The position numbers and the translations under genes are program-made. Positions 41,101 to 52,253 of a DNA stretch of 64,000 bases are shown here, piece after piece. Below the pieces are notes generated by a model. It worked only from the letters and a program-made list of their open reading frames with translations, did not search any database and was not told where the DNA came from. The DNA comes from Antedon mediterranea (Eukaryota; Animalia; Echinodermata). Location of the stretch: NCBI RefSeq assembly GCF_964355755.1, contig NC_092672.1, positions 12,710,001 to 12,774,000 of the forward strand, read 5' to 3'. The stretch's first letter is position 1. Each line of letters opens with the position of its first letter.

Positions 41101-43045
41101 TCATTTTACAATTAAGATTATTACGACAAAATAGAAAAAAAAATCTATATTGATCTTTTCTTCTTCTCCATTACAATGAACTGAGGGAAATTGTGTGATC
41201 AGTTGTGATCTAGATATATCAGTGAATTCGCCTTGGGATGTGTGCTCACCTTTCTAAACAGATGTGTAGATTATCATCGTCATCTATACAAAACTATATA
41301 TTTCTTGATTGATTAAACATCAGGACAAACACAGAATTTTATCATCAGCATATCAACAATTATGAAAAAAAGGCGTTAACAGTAATAATAAAGGAGATTA
41401 GAGACGGTCCTCTCCATTCAAAACCATGTTCGTCATGCTTCAGCGATTCAATGAATAATGGATGCACACATAACATCCTAAAATGTTGCTGCATAGACAG
41501 GCTTGCATATAAATTGAAACTAAAAATGTTATGAATAACTATTGATATCATGATGATTTAATAGTAGACGTGTTACCGAGAGCTAATTGATCAATAATGA
41601 ACTGGTTACACCCGCATATCTCTCTAGTTCTAGGCCCGCTTACATTTATTCACAATTCAATTCACAATTACAATTTACAATTTCAACACCCAGCAGTACA
41701 CCAACAAGAAGCGAGTGCTTGTCAGTTCGGTAACTATTATTTAAATGCATCTACATGTACATACATATAACATACAACAAATATTATGTACTAAAAAAAT
41801 TTAAAAACATATGTCGCCCACGACCGGTTAGCACCTCTGGGGATAATGGGAAAAAAATTTCCTTCTACTTTAAGATTGACCATCACCATTCAAGGTGACC
41901 ACCACAGGTGAGGTATAAAAGGACAAAAAGACAAGATGAAGCCTGTTTGTCCCCCGGAAGCACTATGCCGATCATGAGCGACTCAGTAGGCATATAATAG
42001 GCTTAATGTTTTTGTTTATTTTTTTCCATGTTTACACTTCCGGCCTTTTCGATATATTATGCATGCACAGTACCTCTTACTCACTGTCCCAGTTGCTCAA
42101 ATAACGATTTGCAATCTATATCTCTAGTTTTCTCATTTATACAGCTCTGCTTCACAGATTCCTCCTTTCCATTCTTTCATTTTTGTAATGAATATTTGTA
42201 TATGTTTATTTTTTGTTGTGAGTGGAAATAAAGAAAGAAACAAACAAACAGAATCACTAAAATAAATATGTGAAATTGTGCCATTTGTATAGTTTAATTT
42301 ATTTTTGTTCATTTCAATCAATAGTTTTATCGTGAATATTAAATTAATATTATAAAAGTTAACAGAAAATGAACGTCGACCTAATGTGTTCTGTCTTGCA
42401 CGACTCGATCTTGTAGACAAAGTTTCCAGTCATAGGTAGGCCTAAGGGTATCAAAGTTACCATTATAAAAACAGGATTCGAATAGTTATATTTTGACGAA
42501 AGGCATGTATAAACACCTATTAACAATGTACATCATTACAAAAAAATGAAAATATAAAGCGTGTAGAATTATTTAAAAGAAGTTATGCTAATCTATGAAT
42601 ATCAATATAAAACAAACATTTGATTGCAAGCAGGTGGTGTACGTGTACGAACTAGATGACTTTTATACTCTTTAATAACGATTTCAACATTTTGATTGAA
42701 TATCATTGATCTTAACCTGGTCTAACCTGTCTAAGGGTTCTTTGTGCCTTCAAATACTATAGGCATAAGGATTTTTTGTAATACATATTTTCATTTTTTT
42801 TTCAATTCACATTTTAATCAGATATTTTTGGAAAAAAGGCAATGGTATAGATTGAAATTAATTGTGCACACTCTTTCTTTCGCTTTTCGTGTTACACGTT
42901 TAAGGAATTACCACTGCACTGAGTATTTGATTGTATTTAAAACAAATGCAAGTGTAGGTATGCATACGTTAAATTCCAGTTTGCAGGTCTATAAGCACTC
43001 TCACTTTTATTCTATATAGTTTTAATTTAGGTTTTGATAATATAT

Positions 43046-43105
43046 TTTGTATCTCCATTGAGATCCAGATACATAGCATTGTCATTATTCAGTAATTTGC
43101 CTTTA
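43046..43105 (+). mobile_element. Deleted fragment of the hammerhead/(TA)n family
   Basis: TTTTGTATCTCCATTGAGATCCAG..AGCATTGTCATT..TCAGTAATTTGCCTTT. Confidence 0.7.
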
Positions 43106-44007
43106 TAATGAGCAATGAAGCAATGACAACAAAGAAAAACAAAATAACAATAAGAACAAATAATCAGTATAAACATTTAACAACAAATGTTATGAAAGAG
43201 ATCCATCATTTAATAGAGGCCTAAAATGAAAAGTAAGTGTTTTAAAAGTCTCTTTTTTAAAACAGATAAATTACGTAAAGTGAGTCATGATACTGCGCTA
43301 TTACTTCCATGTTTTAACAATGTTTGCCACCAAATGAAATATTTTCTGTCACCAATCAACTCTGGTCAAAATTCCTGAATTATTTATATGCAGACAATGT
43401 AACTAAACTACGAAATGTACTAAATTCCAGTATACTACCACATGTATGTTTTCATTAGATATTAATTTTAACTGTTTTTAATGATACAATATTCATTTGA
43501 CTTTTTTGATAGATTGATTTAACAGATTTAATTTATTAAACAGTAAAAATGCCAATGCTTTTCCTGTTTCCCGCGCCTGCTCAATCAGTCATGTTATAAA
43601 AAACAATTTTCACAATTGAAACAGGACAACTGTTTACTTATAAAATTTAAAATATGTTCATTCAAGCAATTTCCTGTCGACATCTCACGTGACGTGCATT
43701 ACGGTGACTTTTACTACCATTTTTACAATTAATAAAATTACAACCATAAATTATTCAGAACTGAAAATATTCGAATATTTGAAGAACTCTAAACAATCAT
43801 TAGCATGACACGAATTCAATTCCGTTTTCAATTCATGTCTTACTCTTAAGTTTTACTATTATGTCTCTTGTGATGACATCTTCATTGTATTAGTAGTTTA
43901 TTTTAATGATCTTTTTGATATAATTATGATGTGCGTCACATTTCATATGTCATATTGTGTTTGAGGACCACCGTCCATGCTCATACTTGATATACATTGA
44001 TGGAGAA

Positions 44008-44118
44008 TATGATGATGATGATGTTGTTGATGATGATGATGGTGATGATGATGATAATGATGACGACGATGATGATGATGATGATCATGATAATAATAAT
44101 GATAATGATGATGATGAG
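44008..44118. repeat. (GAT)n-type microsatellite
   Basis: Imperfect GAT/GAC/AAT run; explains the poly-D/H/I ORFs. Confidence 0.9.
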
Positions 44119-45954
44119 GATTCCTTTCAAAGCTATAAAGTGATCGTGCATCATCCAATCATGCACACCTTCTATAATTCACTGACGAATTACTTGATTG
44201 ATGACAATTATAATTTTGTGAATAAAATTATTGATTATAATAATTTGATAAGTATTCATTTCAATAGATGTTAACCTTTGACTGATTTGAGAAAATAATT
44301 ATCATCCTCATTTCATTGATTCTATCTCCAAAGGCGTTAGGTTTGTTTGTTTGACGCCTAATCCGCCACATAATGTCATTATCAACGCTGTGCACAATAA
44401 AACGTTAATTACCTCTCTAATTGAGCGATATAAGCTTCGGTATTCTTTCAATTCCTTGTGGACAATTTCGTCTGATTGGGCCAATCACAATTGATTTTTA
44501 TAGTTAAGCGATTTGTAATTCATATTATATTGAAGTTTTCACACTCACTGCTAACTAGAATCTCTAACGGAAATGTCTTTGTCTTAAAGTAAAAAAGACG
44601 TAATTAATGTATGTCGATTTTTTCTGGTTTTGGTAGCTTTTAGGATCACGGAATAGTTGCCTAAACGCTTAAAATACAAAAAATCTTATTATTATTGATT
44701 GATTTAATGGATTTTTGGTATTCATTTAAATAAACTATCTTCAATGTTTTGCCTACTAGTTATCCATCTCAAGTTTGTAAATTACAAACACCATATACCT
44801 ATGAATATATAGTTCCATTCTTAAAGTAAAGTAAATAGGCCTAGATACGGTACGTAAACGTAATGCGTTAACGTACCGGATTTTGTAGCTTTTAAGTTCA
44901 CGGATTAGTGTCTTAAGCGCTTAACAAATCTTTAAAAAAAATCGTATTAATATTTATTGATCGATTGGTATTGGTATTTATTTCAGATCTTCAAAGTTAA
45001 TGTTTGTCTGTAGGTAACCATTTCAACTTTAATTTGAAAACACAATGAAGCAACTACATATTATAGTAATTTATTTATTTATTTATTTATTTATTTATTC
45101 AGGTATAAAACATATATACAAAACAGCAGCCATTGGCGGATAACGTTTGTTTACAATCAATATACAAATTTAAAGTAAAAGAGGCACTATTATAAACAGT
45201 ATAGAAAAATAACTATTTATTATAAAACAAAAAATACAATACTACTCGTTCATAAAATTAAGTACGTTATTATTATTATTATTAATGCTGAATATTAATT
45301 TTATAAATTAATATCCGTTCATTATTATACGTTTATTTAGTTGTATTTACATCTTTAAATCGGTGGCACCAAATAGCAATACAAAATACAACAGAAAGAA
45401 AAATTAACAAAAATAATGACAGTAAAGCAGTAAGATAATATCAAACTATTAACAACATGTTATATCTCCCTCCAAATCACTCAGATATACTTATATACTT
45501 GTATAATATGAATCTGTATTTTGTATGTACATTCCATCATGAAACTTATGCGCTCCATATCCTTAGGATTATAATTTAACGAGGTCTGTATCTATGTGTA
45601 AGACAACTATTAAGATTCCCTGGTTGAATATTCCAAATGATTATATTTGCAATTTCAAAGTCGATAATAAGCAATATATATAATAGGTTACAGCTTCACA
45701 TACTTCACTTACTCAAAAAAAAAATAACAAAATAAAACGATCGGTCGATATCGGTCTTCGAATTGTTGTGCAGAAAAGGTGTCTATTGCGACAAATTAAA
45801 GTTTTGCGCCATTCAATTTTCATTAAAGTTTCTATTTAAAAATAACTTTAATTACAACCTAGTATAAAGTATACGTTATCGTCAGTAACGATTCGGAATC
45901 ATTGGTGGAATGTTGTTCAAAATAAATTATATGTGTTATTTAAATGGTGTTAAG

Positions 45955-46125
45955 TAGTTTGGTAGTCGAGTGTTAGGACACTTGACTGTCATGCGGAGAG
46001 AACCGGGTTTAATTCCTGACAACTCCCAGTCCACACAGCTGTAAATGTGTACCTGGTTGAAAATTGTTGGGAGAAAAGGGCGACGCGGAAAGGAACTGGT
46101 CACCCTACCAAATAATGACATCATT
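45955..46125 (+). mobile_element. tRNA-derived SINE
   Basis: tRNA-like head TGGTAGTCGAGTGTTAGGACACTTGACTGTCATGCGG..CCGGGTTTAATTCCTG, then CAGTCCACACAGCTGTAAATGTGTACCTG and AACTGGTCACCCTACC body motifs. Confidence 0.55.
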
Positions 46126-46703
46126 TATGGTAACATGTAGGCCTATAATCAAATAAATACCTCCTATATAGTATGAAAAAACACAATTAATATTAAGAAG
46201 ACAAACTTAAATACAGTAAAATTTATAAGCTGCTCGGTAAATTGTAGATCATGTCAATCAATAAATCTACTACAAATATAAATGCGTTGTATTACAATGT
46301 TGTGTATATATGCATGTGGGGGGGGGGGCGTTACTTCGAGGAAATAAGTGAGGGAGGAGTTATTTTAAAATATGTTCTGTGGAAAAAGGGTGGTATCGTG
46401 GGGCGTTAATTCAAAGCGCGTCGTTAATTTTAAATAAATATGGCCTAAATTATAAATTGAGATACTTCGTTGTCATAGGCCTATTAAATAACACATATTT
46501 TCATTTTTGTTTCAGTTATTTAACTGGCAGCATCTTCGACTTTTGAAATTGTCATGGGAATTGCCATAATCGATTAGACTGAGTTAATAATCAAGCAACG
46601 TTGTGTAGTGTAAAGTTCAGTAACCAGAAGGATATGAATGGATTGTGTGCATGCAGTTTGATTTTCACTCATGATTTGATATAATAGTAGCCTACCATCC
46701 ACA

Positions 46704-48080
46704 ATGACGAACAGGTGTAAGAACACAAACGAATTGAAAACATTTTTGAAAATATGTTTACTGTGTTCTCAATGTTTTATACTGGCAGCTTCATCCGGTT
46801 CATTTCTCACAGCACCAACGAGTAAAAGCGTTTATGAAGGAACAGTTGCCTTATTCGAGTGCACGCTGTCTTTTCAAAGTTTTCAAACACTTGAATGGTA
46901 TGATGATTCTCAAACTCAAATTATGCCAAGCAGCAGATACATCATAACAAGCAACCAAGATGAAACCCTAGATATCAATTATATTTGGTTGAAAATAAAA
47001 CCAGTACAGACGACAGACGATGGCAAGGGATTTTATTGCGTCGTCGTCGAAGACAGCGTACACAAATTTAAATCAAATAGGGCCACTTTAAACGTCACGA
47101 AGGTTCCTCAAACCGAGTCACCAGAATGTAAACGTCTTGAAGTTAACTACAACGAAGGCGACCAAGTAGAACTAGTTTGTGAACAAGAAAACACAAATCC
47201 TCGTGTCAACTTAGCAATATACAAAGATAACAAATTACTAACAGGCACTTCCCAAAAAACACAGGAAAAATATAAATACATTGCTAAATTTGTAGCTCGT
47301 CGGACCGACGATGGGTCAGTGTTGACGTGCGTCCAAACCTCACCGACAGACAATTACCCTAGCATATTTAATAAGAACTGCTCTTACGGTAACATTAACG
47401 TTAACTATGCTCCTTCTGTAAGCATTAACGGGGCATACGAGGTTATTTTACGCAAACAGCAAGAGTTAGTCTACGTTTGCACATCAAAGCAAGCTAAGCC
47501 AAGTCCTGTTACTTTCAGGTGGTCAGTAGATTTTGCTGAAGATTCTACTGTACGGTTTTTTGAAGAGCATGACGGAAACACGTTACGTTTAATCTTATCT
47601 CCTTCGACGATCATACATGAAGTCAATCTAACGTGTATAGGTCGTAACACAATGGGAAGCAGCAGGGTTTCACACGTTCTACGTGTGATTCACGATCCAG
47701 TTGTGACTTCAAATCCAACTTATGCCACTGGTAATCCTGCTGGAACCGCGTTTAATTGGTCAACGGCATTGATACTTGCAGTAACCGGTAGCTGCGGACT
47801 CTGCATTGCACTATTCACTGCCGTAATTATTGGCTTTTATCATTTCCAGCTGCCACAATCCATGGACATTTACGGCGAGCGCATTGCTCAGCCGGAGGTT
47901 TATTTTGAGCCTAAAGATGGAATATCTAGTCCGCAGGTAATTGACGGTAAACATTCTATTGGTGTCCAAGTGTCCGAATTAACAGAAATTGAATCAGTTT
48001 ACACTGAGGTATCAGAATATGGAATTAAAAAGGGAAAGGATCAAGCGCTACCTGAAAATAATTCTTATTCTCATGTCTAG
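46704..48080 (+). CDS. Immunoglobulin-superfamily type I membrane protein (3 Ig-like domains; kirre/nephrin/CADM-like architecture), single coding exon
   Basis: 458-aa ORF: N-terminal hydrophobic signal; Ig1 (FEC..LEW..DDGKGFYC), Ig2 (LVC..DDGSVLTC), Ig3 (YVC..FRW..NLTC); TM ALILAVTGSCGLCIALFTAVIIGFY; ~75-aa tail. Upstream acceptor TCATTTTTGTTTCAG ends at 46515. Confidence 0.92.
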   Translation: MTNRCKNTNELKTFLKICLLCSQCFILAASSGSFLTAPTSKSVYEGTVALFECTLSFQSFQTLEWYDDSQTQIMPSSRYIITSNQDETLDINYIWLKIKPVQTTDDGKGFYCVVVEDSVHKFKSNRATLNVTKVPQTESPECKRLEVNYNEGDQVELVCEQENTNPRVNLAIYKDNKLLTGTSQKTQEKYKYIAKFVARRTDDGSVLTCVQTSPTDNYPSIFNKNCSYGNINVNYAPSVSINGAYEVILRKQQELVYVCTSKQAKPSPVTFRWSVDFAEDSTVRFFEEHDGNTLRLILSPSTIIHEVNLTCIGRNTMGSSRVSHVLRVIHDPVVTSNPTYATGNPAGTAFNWSTALILAVTGSCGLCIALFTAVIIGFYHFQLPQSMDIYGERIAQPEVYFEPKDGISSPQVIDGKHSIGVQVSELTEIESVYTEVSEYGIKKGKDQALPENNSYSHV

Positions 48081-48420
48081 AAAATGAATACTAAAAACCC
48101 GGAGTATAGTGTAGCATAGTAAGACGGTTAATTAGTGACTTTTAGAATGAATCAACTGTATCTCCGTGTTAACTGGTTCCAAATAAATTAATCGAATTAA
48201 TAATTAATATCAAATTCGAAAAGAGTAGGCTAGAATTACTTTTTTATGGTTTTTATTTAATTTGTTTCACTTCATTAGGATTACAGAAAGTATAATTGCT
48301 CAATTTTCAAATTATACATAAATGGAAATTACATTTATATATTGAAAATATTTCTTCTGGTTTCGATTCGTATAATAATATAAGTAGTTCTTTGATAGTA
48401 AACCAATAAAACTTACGTTG

Positions 48421-48464
48421 GCAAGACAGTTTCGTCTAGCTGTCAGCTTGACTTCTTCAGTTGC
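48421..48464 (-). ncRNA. Hammerhead ribozyme copy in the inverted pseudo-LTR
   Basis: Exact reverse complement of 49606-49649. Confidence 0.75.
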
Positions 48465-48555
48465 TATGATGCGTTATGGCGCCGATTGGTCTCCTTTCCA
48501 GCCACTAGATGATTTTGTTGTGTAGCCTAGGGGACCAGTCGTCATAAAACCGAGG

Positions 48556-49596
48556 ATGTGGAAAAGGTATGTAGATGACATTATAACAATAATTCCCAAG
48601 GATGCGACACAACCATTATTACAACACTTAAACAAAATCGATGATGACATTAATTTCACTTGCGAAGAAATGTCCTTAACAGACAACTCTATCCCATTCT
48701 TGGATACGCTAATTTTAGTTGATGGGGAAGGCAACATCAACACTAAAGTTTTTAGGAAAGCCACCCACACAAATCAATACTTGGACTTTAACTCACATCA
48801 TCCTCTACAACACAAGTTATCCGTTATCCGCACACTTCTACACAGATGTAACACGATAATCACAAATAATCCAGACAAACAGAACGAAACTGAGATGATA
48901 CATACTTCACTTAAACAATGCAACTACCCTACATGGACGATTAGAAAGGTACAACGTAACCTAGATAAACAAAAAACGGACAAACAACCCGAAACAGAAG
49001 ATATAAGAGGGTCGATATCCATCCCATATATTCAAGGCCTGTCAGAGAAAATCAAGAGAACATTTAAAAAATATAACATACGAACATACTTTAAACCATC
49101 TAACAAAATTAAAAACTTAATCGTCCGACCGAAAGATAAAGCATGCAAAGAGGATTCCTGTGGTGTCGTCTACAAAGTGGGGTGCACCAACTGTGAGATG
49201 GTGTATATTGGGGAAACGGGTAGGGCACTCAAAACCAGAATTAAAGAGCACAAGAAAGATGTTGAGGAAAACACACAGAACATGCAGACGCGTGCATCAC
49301 GGAAAGTTTCGTCCTCCATTTTACATAAATCAGCAATCACGGACCATATGACCACACACAACCACATACCTAACTGGGATAAGATAGAGGTACTACACAA
49401 AGAACAAGTTTGGCTTAAACGTAAAATTAAAGAAAGCATCAGCATAAGAAAGCAAAATAAAAATACAAAGATGAATAGAGACGAAGGCGCGCACCAACTA
49501 TCTCACATTTACGATCAGCTTCCGACGACGACTGGTCCCCTAGGCTACACAACAAAATCATCTAGTGGCTGGAAAGGAGACCAATCGGCGCCATAA
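48556..49596 (+). CDS. PLE reverse transcriptase C-terminus/thumb + GIY-YIG endonuclease (N-terminally truncated)
   Basis: WKRYVDD, IPFLD, KVFRKATHTNQYL, SIPYIQGLSE, GVVYKVGCTNCEMVYIGETGR..RIKEH, SAITDH, MNRDEG. The frame is open from the truncation junction at ~48544 with no internal stops. Confidence 0.93.
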   Translation: MWKRYVDDIITIIPKDATQPLLQHLNKIDDDINFTCEEMSLTDNSIPFLDTLILVDGEGNINTKVFRKATHTNQYLDFNSHHPLQHKLSVIRTLLHRCNTIITNNPDKQNETEMIHTSLKQCNYPTWTIRKVQRNLDKQKTDKQPETEDIRGSISIPYIQGLSEKIKRTFKKYNIRTYFKPSNKIKNLIVRPKDKACKEDSCGVVYKVGCTNCEMVYIGETGRALKTRIKEHKKDVEENTQNMQTRASRKVSSSILHKSAITDHMTTHNHIPNWDKIEVLHKEQVWLKRKIKESISIRKQNKNTKMNRDEGAHQLSHIYDQLPTTTGPLGYTTKSSSGWKGDQSAP

Positions 49597-49605
49597 CGCA
49601 TCATA

Positions 49606-49649
49606 GCAACTGAAGAAGTCAAGCTGACAGCTAGACGAAACTGTCTTGC
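49606..49649 (+). ncRNA. Minimal type I hammerhead ribozyme of the PLE pseudo-LTR
   Basis: GCAA-CUGAAGA-A-GUC(A-AGCUG-A-CAGCU-A)GAC-GAAA-CU-GUC-UUGC. Predicted cleavage after C49645. Confidence 0.8.
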
Positions 49650-50790
49650 CAACGTAAGTTTTATTGGTTTACTATCAAAGAACTACTTATATTATTATAC
49701 ATTTATATATGTTTAGTTTCCGTCGGCTATCACTGTAACGTGGTATATAGTGGGACTATTATTGAATACTATTCAATTTACTGTAGTAAATTAATACACC
49801 TATTAAGCCTATTAAAACGTTATGAGTTCAAGAATGTGTTAATATGAGAGGTGTTTTTATTGTTGAAAAGTATATGAATAGGCCTTATGGAGTGTTTGTC
49901 CTGTACATAATGTCCTACATAATAATGGGCCTAAATAATTGTTTCGGCTTAAATAATAAAGCCTAACATTATTCAGTTAACAGATGTGCATAGGTCCGGT
50001 CGTGGTTCGAATAACATTGTGACGATCCAACAAAGCTAAAATCTGTCGTTTGTGTCCACAATCTGCATTGTTTAGTTTGGTGGTAAACATGTGCGCTTTG
50101 TGAAATTCCTGGATGGATGTTGTTTAAAGGGATAGAAAAAGATTACTTTTGATTGTATCCAACATTGTTTTATTGTAAATAGTTAATGGAGATTTAAATG
50201 TGAATATGTCGTCCTTATTAATAAAACTGTTCAACAAGCATCTAGAAGATGTCTGTCTAAAATCAAATTTAATGTATTTATTGCATTTGCTAAATTAGGA
50301 TGCTGTAGTAATGTATTTTTTGTCGACTTACCTGAGTAGAAAATTATTATACTGTTTATGTTATTGTCAAATATAACCAGGGAAGAGTATCACAAACTAT
50401 TATTACATATTGATATTTTAACCTACAAATGCAATTGATAAAGCAGTATCCCTTTTCTAAAAGTAAACAATACTGCGATGTATGAAAGATATATTATTAT
50501 ATGCTCTACTCAGTTTCAAATCCATAATTAATTATAGTTAGGAAGATTTATTGCCCTTTATTGTAATAAAATTAACCAACTTAAATAATGTAATAGGAGG
50601 TGACATTAAATTTTAAAATTAAACCAACTGTTTCTAACGGTTAAACGATATACTTCTACATGGGCAAAAACGTTGGAAGTAAAATTAATTAACATCACTG
50701 TATTGTGTAAAGTGTATGTACAAAGGCTTGGTTTTTATACTGAAATAAAGAACTGCACAAAATCGTACAGCAATGTTAATTTTAGCATTT

Positions 50791-51143
50791 TAGTTGGGGA
50801 GACAGAAATGGTTACCTGCACCCTCTAGCATACTATGTTGTTTTCTTTATATCAATACAAATCAATTTGTTGCTGTTGGCCGAAAAAAAAGTACAGGGGC
50901 CAAAAGGTCAATATGGTCAAAGACTTTGCGTAACTTGGTAACTACTGGGTGTATTGGAATATTTTTTGTGCCAAATTACTCAGAAGACCCATATTGATAT
51001 TCAATCTAATGGGAAACTTTGTACTGACCAAGCATCCCAATTTTTTCGGCCAACAGCAAAACATTGTATTGATATAAAGAAGCAAATATTGATAACATAT
51101 TTCGCTAGAGGGTGCAGGTAACCCCTTTCTGGCTCCCCAACTA
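50791..51143. mobile_element. MITE with ~95-bp imperfect TIRs and TAG...CTA termini (Academ-like)
   Basis: TAGTTGGGGAG..GGTTACCTGCACCCTCTAGC...GCTGTTGGCCGAAAAAA vs TTTTTTCGGCCAACAGC...GCTAGAGGGTGCAGGTAACC..CTCCCCAACTA. TTT on both flanks. Confidence 0.7.
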
Positions 51144-52136
51144 TTTACTGTTGTTTTAGATGTGTGTGACACGAGTTCCATTACACTCCTACAGTATAAG
51201 TAAACAGCCCTACCAAACCCAACCAAGTCCTATCATTTTATAACGGTACGTCCCGTTCTGCGTGCACTAACAATCTTTATGTGATATATCACTACCATAT
51301 ATGGGCACATCAAATTTTGTTGTCACATACAGTTTGATAGTGCAGATAGAACTTTAGAAAATTTGCGATATCGATTTTATTAGGTGCCATATGATTGTGT
51401 TGCTAGGCTCTAAAACTACCGTACGCAGCGCCGGGCACAGACCTAGAAGCATAGGCTACCGCTGCAAGAATTTGGCCTCTACAAAAAGTCCGACTAGGGG
51501 ATGACAGTTTGCAATAAATGTAACAAATCCTACAGATTAAAACAGTAATTTGTGTATGCTAGTCAATTTTATCAAATATTTCACAGTAATTACGTCAGAC
51601 ACATTGTAGTTTTATGATTGACCCGACGTGAAGCGTTTGATTCAATGGGCCCGATAACAGGATCAGAAACTTTTTTATCTCGAGATTATGCATTTTTTAA
51701 TATTCCTCGGATGTAGTATGTGTGGTGTGGTAAAGGGGATTTGTAGAGTAATAATATCTGCAATAAAATATGCAATTTCCAGTGATATGTAACGGTAAAA
51801 TAAGAATCGAATGCCTTTTTCAATCAGATTTAAAAGTAGTTCACTTTCAATCTTACTGTGACCTTTCAGTTATCCTCTATTAAACTCAATCACATTCTAA
51901 ATTACAAACTACCATATTTTAATGTCATTTTGTTCTTTATACAAACTAGTACTAAATATACACACCAGATAACATAAACACTGCAGAGTATTAAATGTAC
52001 CAAAAGTACAAATTGTATTCATATCACAACATGAAAGTGCAAATGTAGCTGTAGCCAACCAAACTTTCAACGCCTAATGACAAGTGAAATATTTAACCAT
52101 TCATAATTCAAGAAGTATGCCTAATATAGATAACTA

Positions 52137-52253
52137 CAGAGAAGTAAATTAGTTTGTCAAAACCAAATTGTTTACTCACAATTGATTAATATTTCGTATA
52201 TTAATCAATCGTGATTAAACAATTTGGTTTTGACAAACTAATTTACTTCTCTG
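52137..52253. repeat. Near-perfect palindrome (56-bp arms, 5-nt loop, 2 mismatches)
   Basis: CAGAGAAGTAAATTAGTTTGTCAAAACCAAATTGTTT...AATAT-TTCGT-ATATT...AAACAATTTGGTTTTGACAAACTAATTTACTTCTCTG. Confidence 0.9.

Larger units (their letters stand above)
48343..49700 (+). mobile_element. 5'-truncated Penelope-like retroelement (Penelope/Poseidon-type) with inverted pseudo-LTR
   Basis: 48370-48543 is the reverse complement of 49527-49700. TACATTTATATAT is duplicated at 48330-48342 and 49698-49710. RT/GIY-YIG ORF and hammerhead motif present. Confidence 0.93.

Noticed and set aside
43943-44274. Poly-Asp / poly-His ORFs
   Set aside because: Frames of a (GAT)n microsatellite.
48474-48770. Minus-strand ORF ending in the same peptide as the PLE ORF
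   Set aside because: Consequence of the inverted pseudo-LTR fused to antisense RT sequence; not an independent gene.
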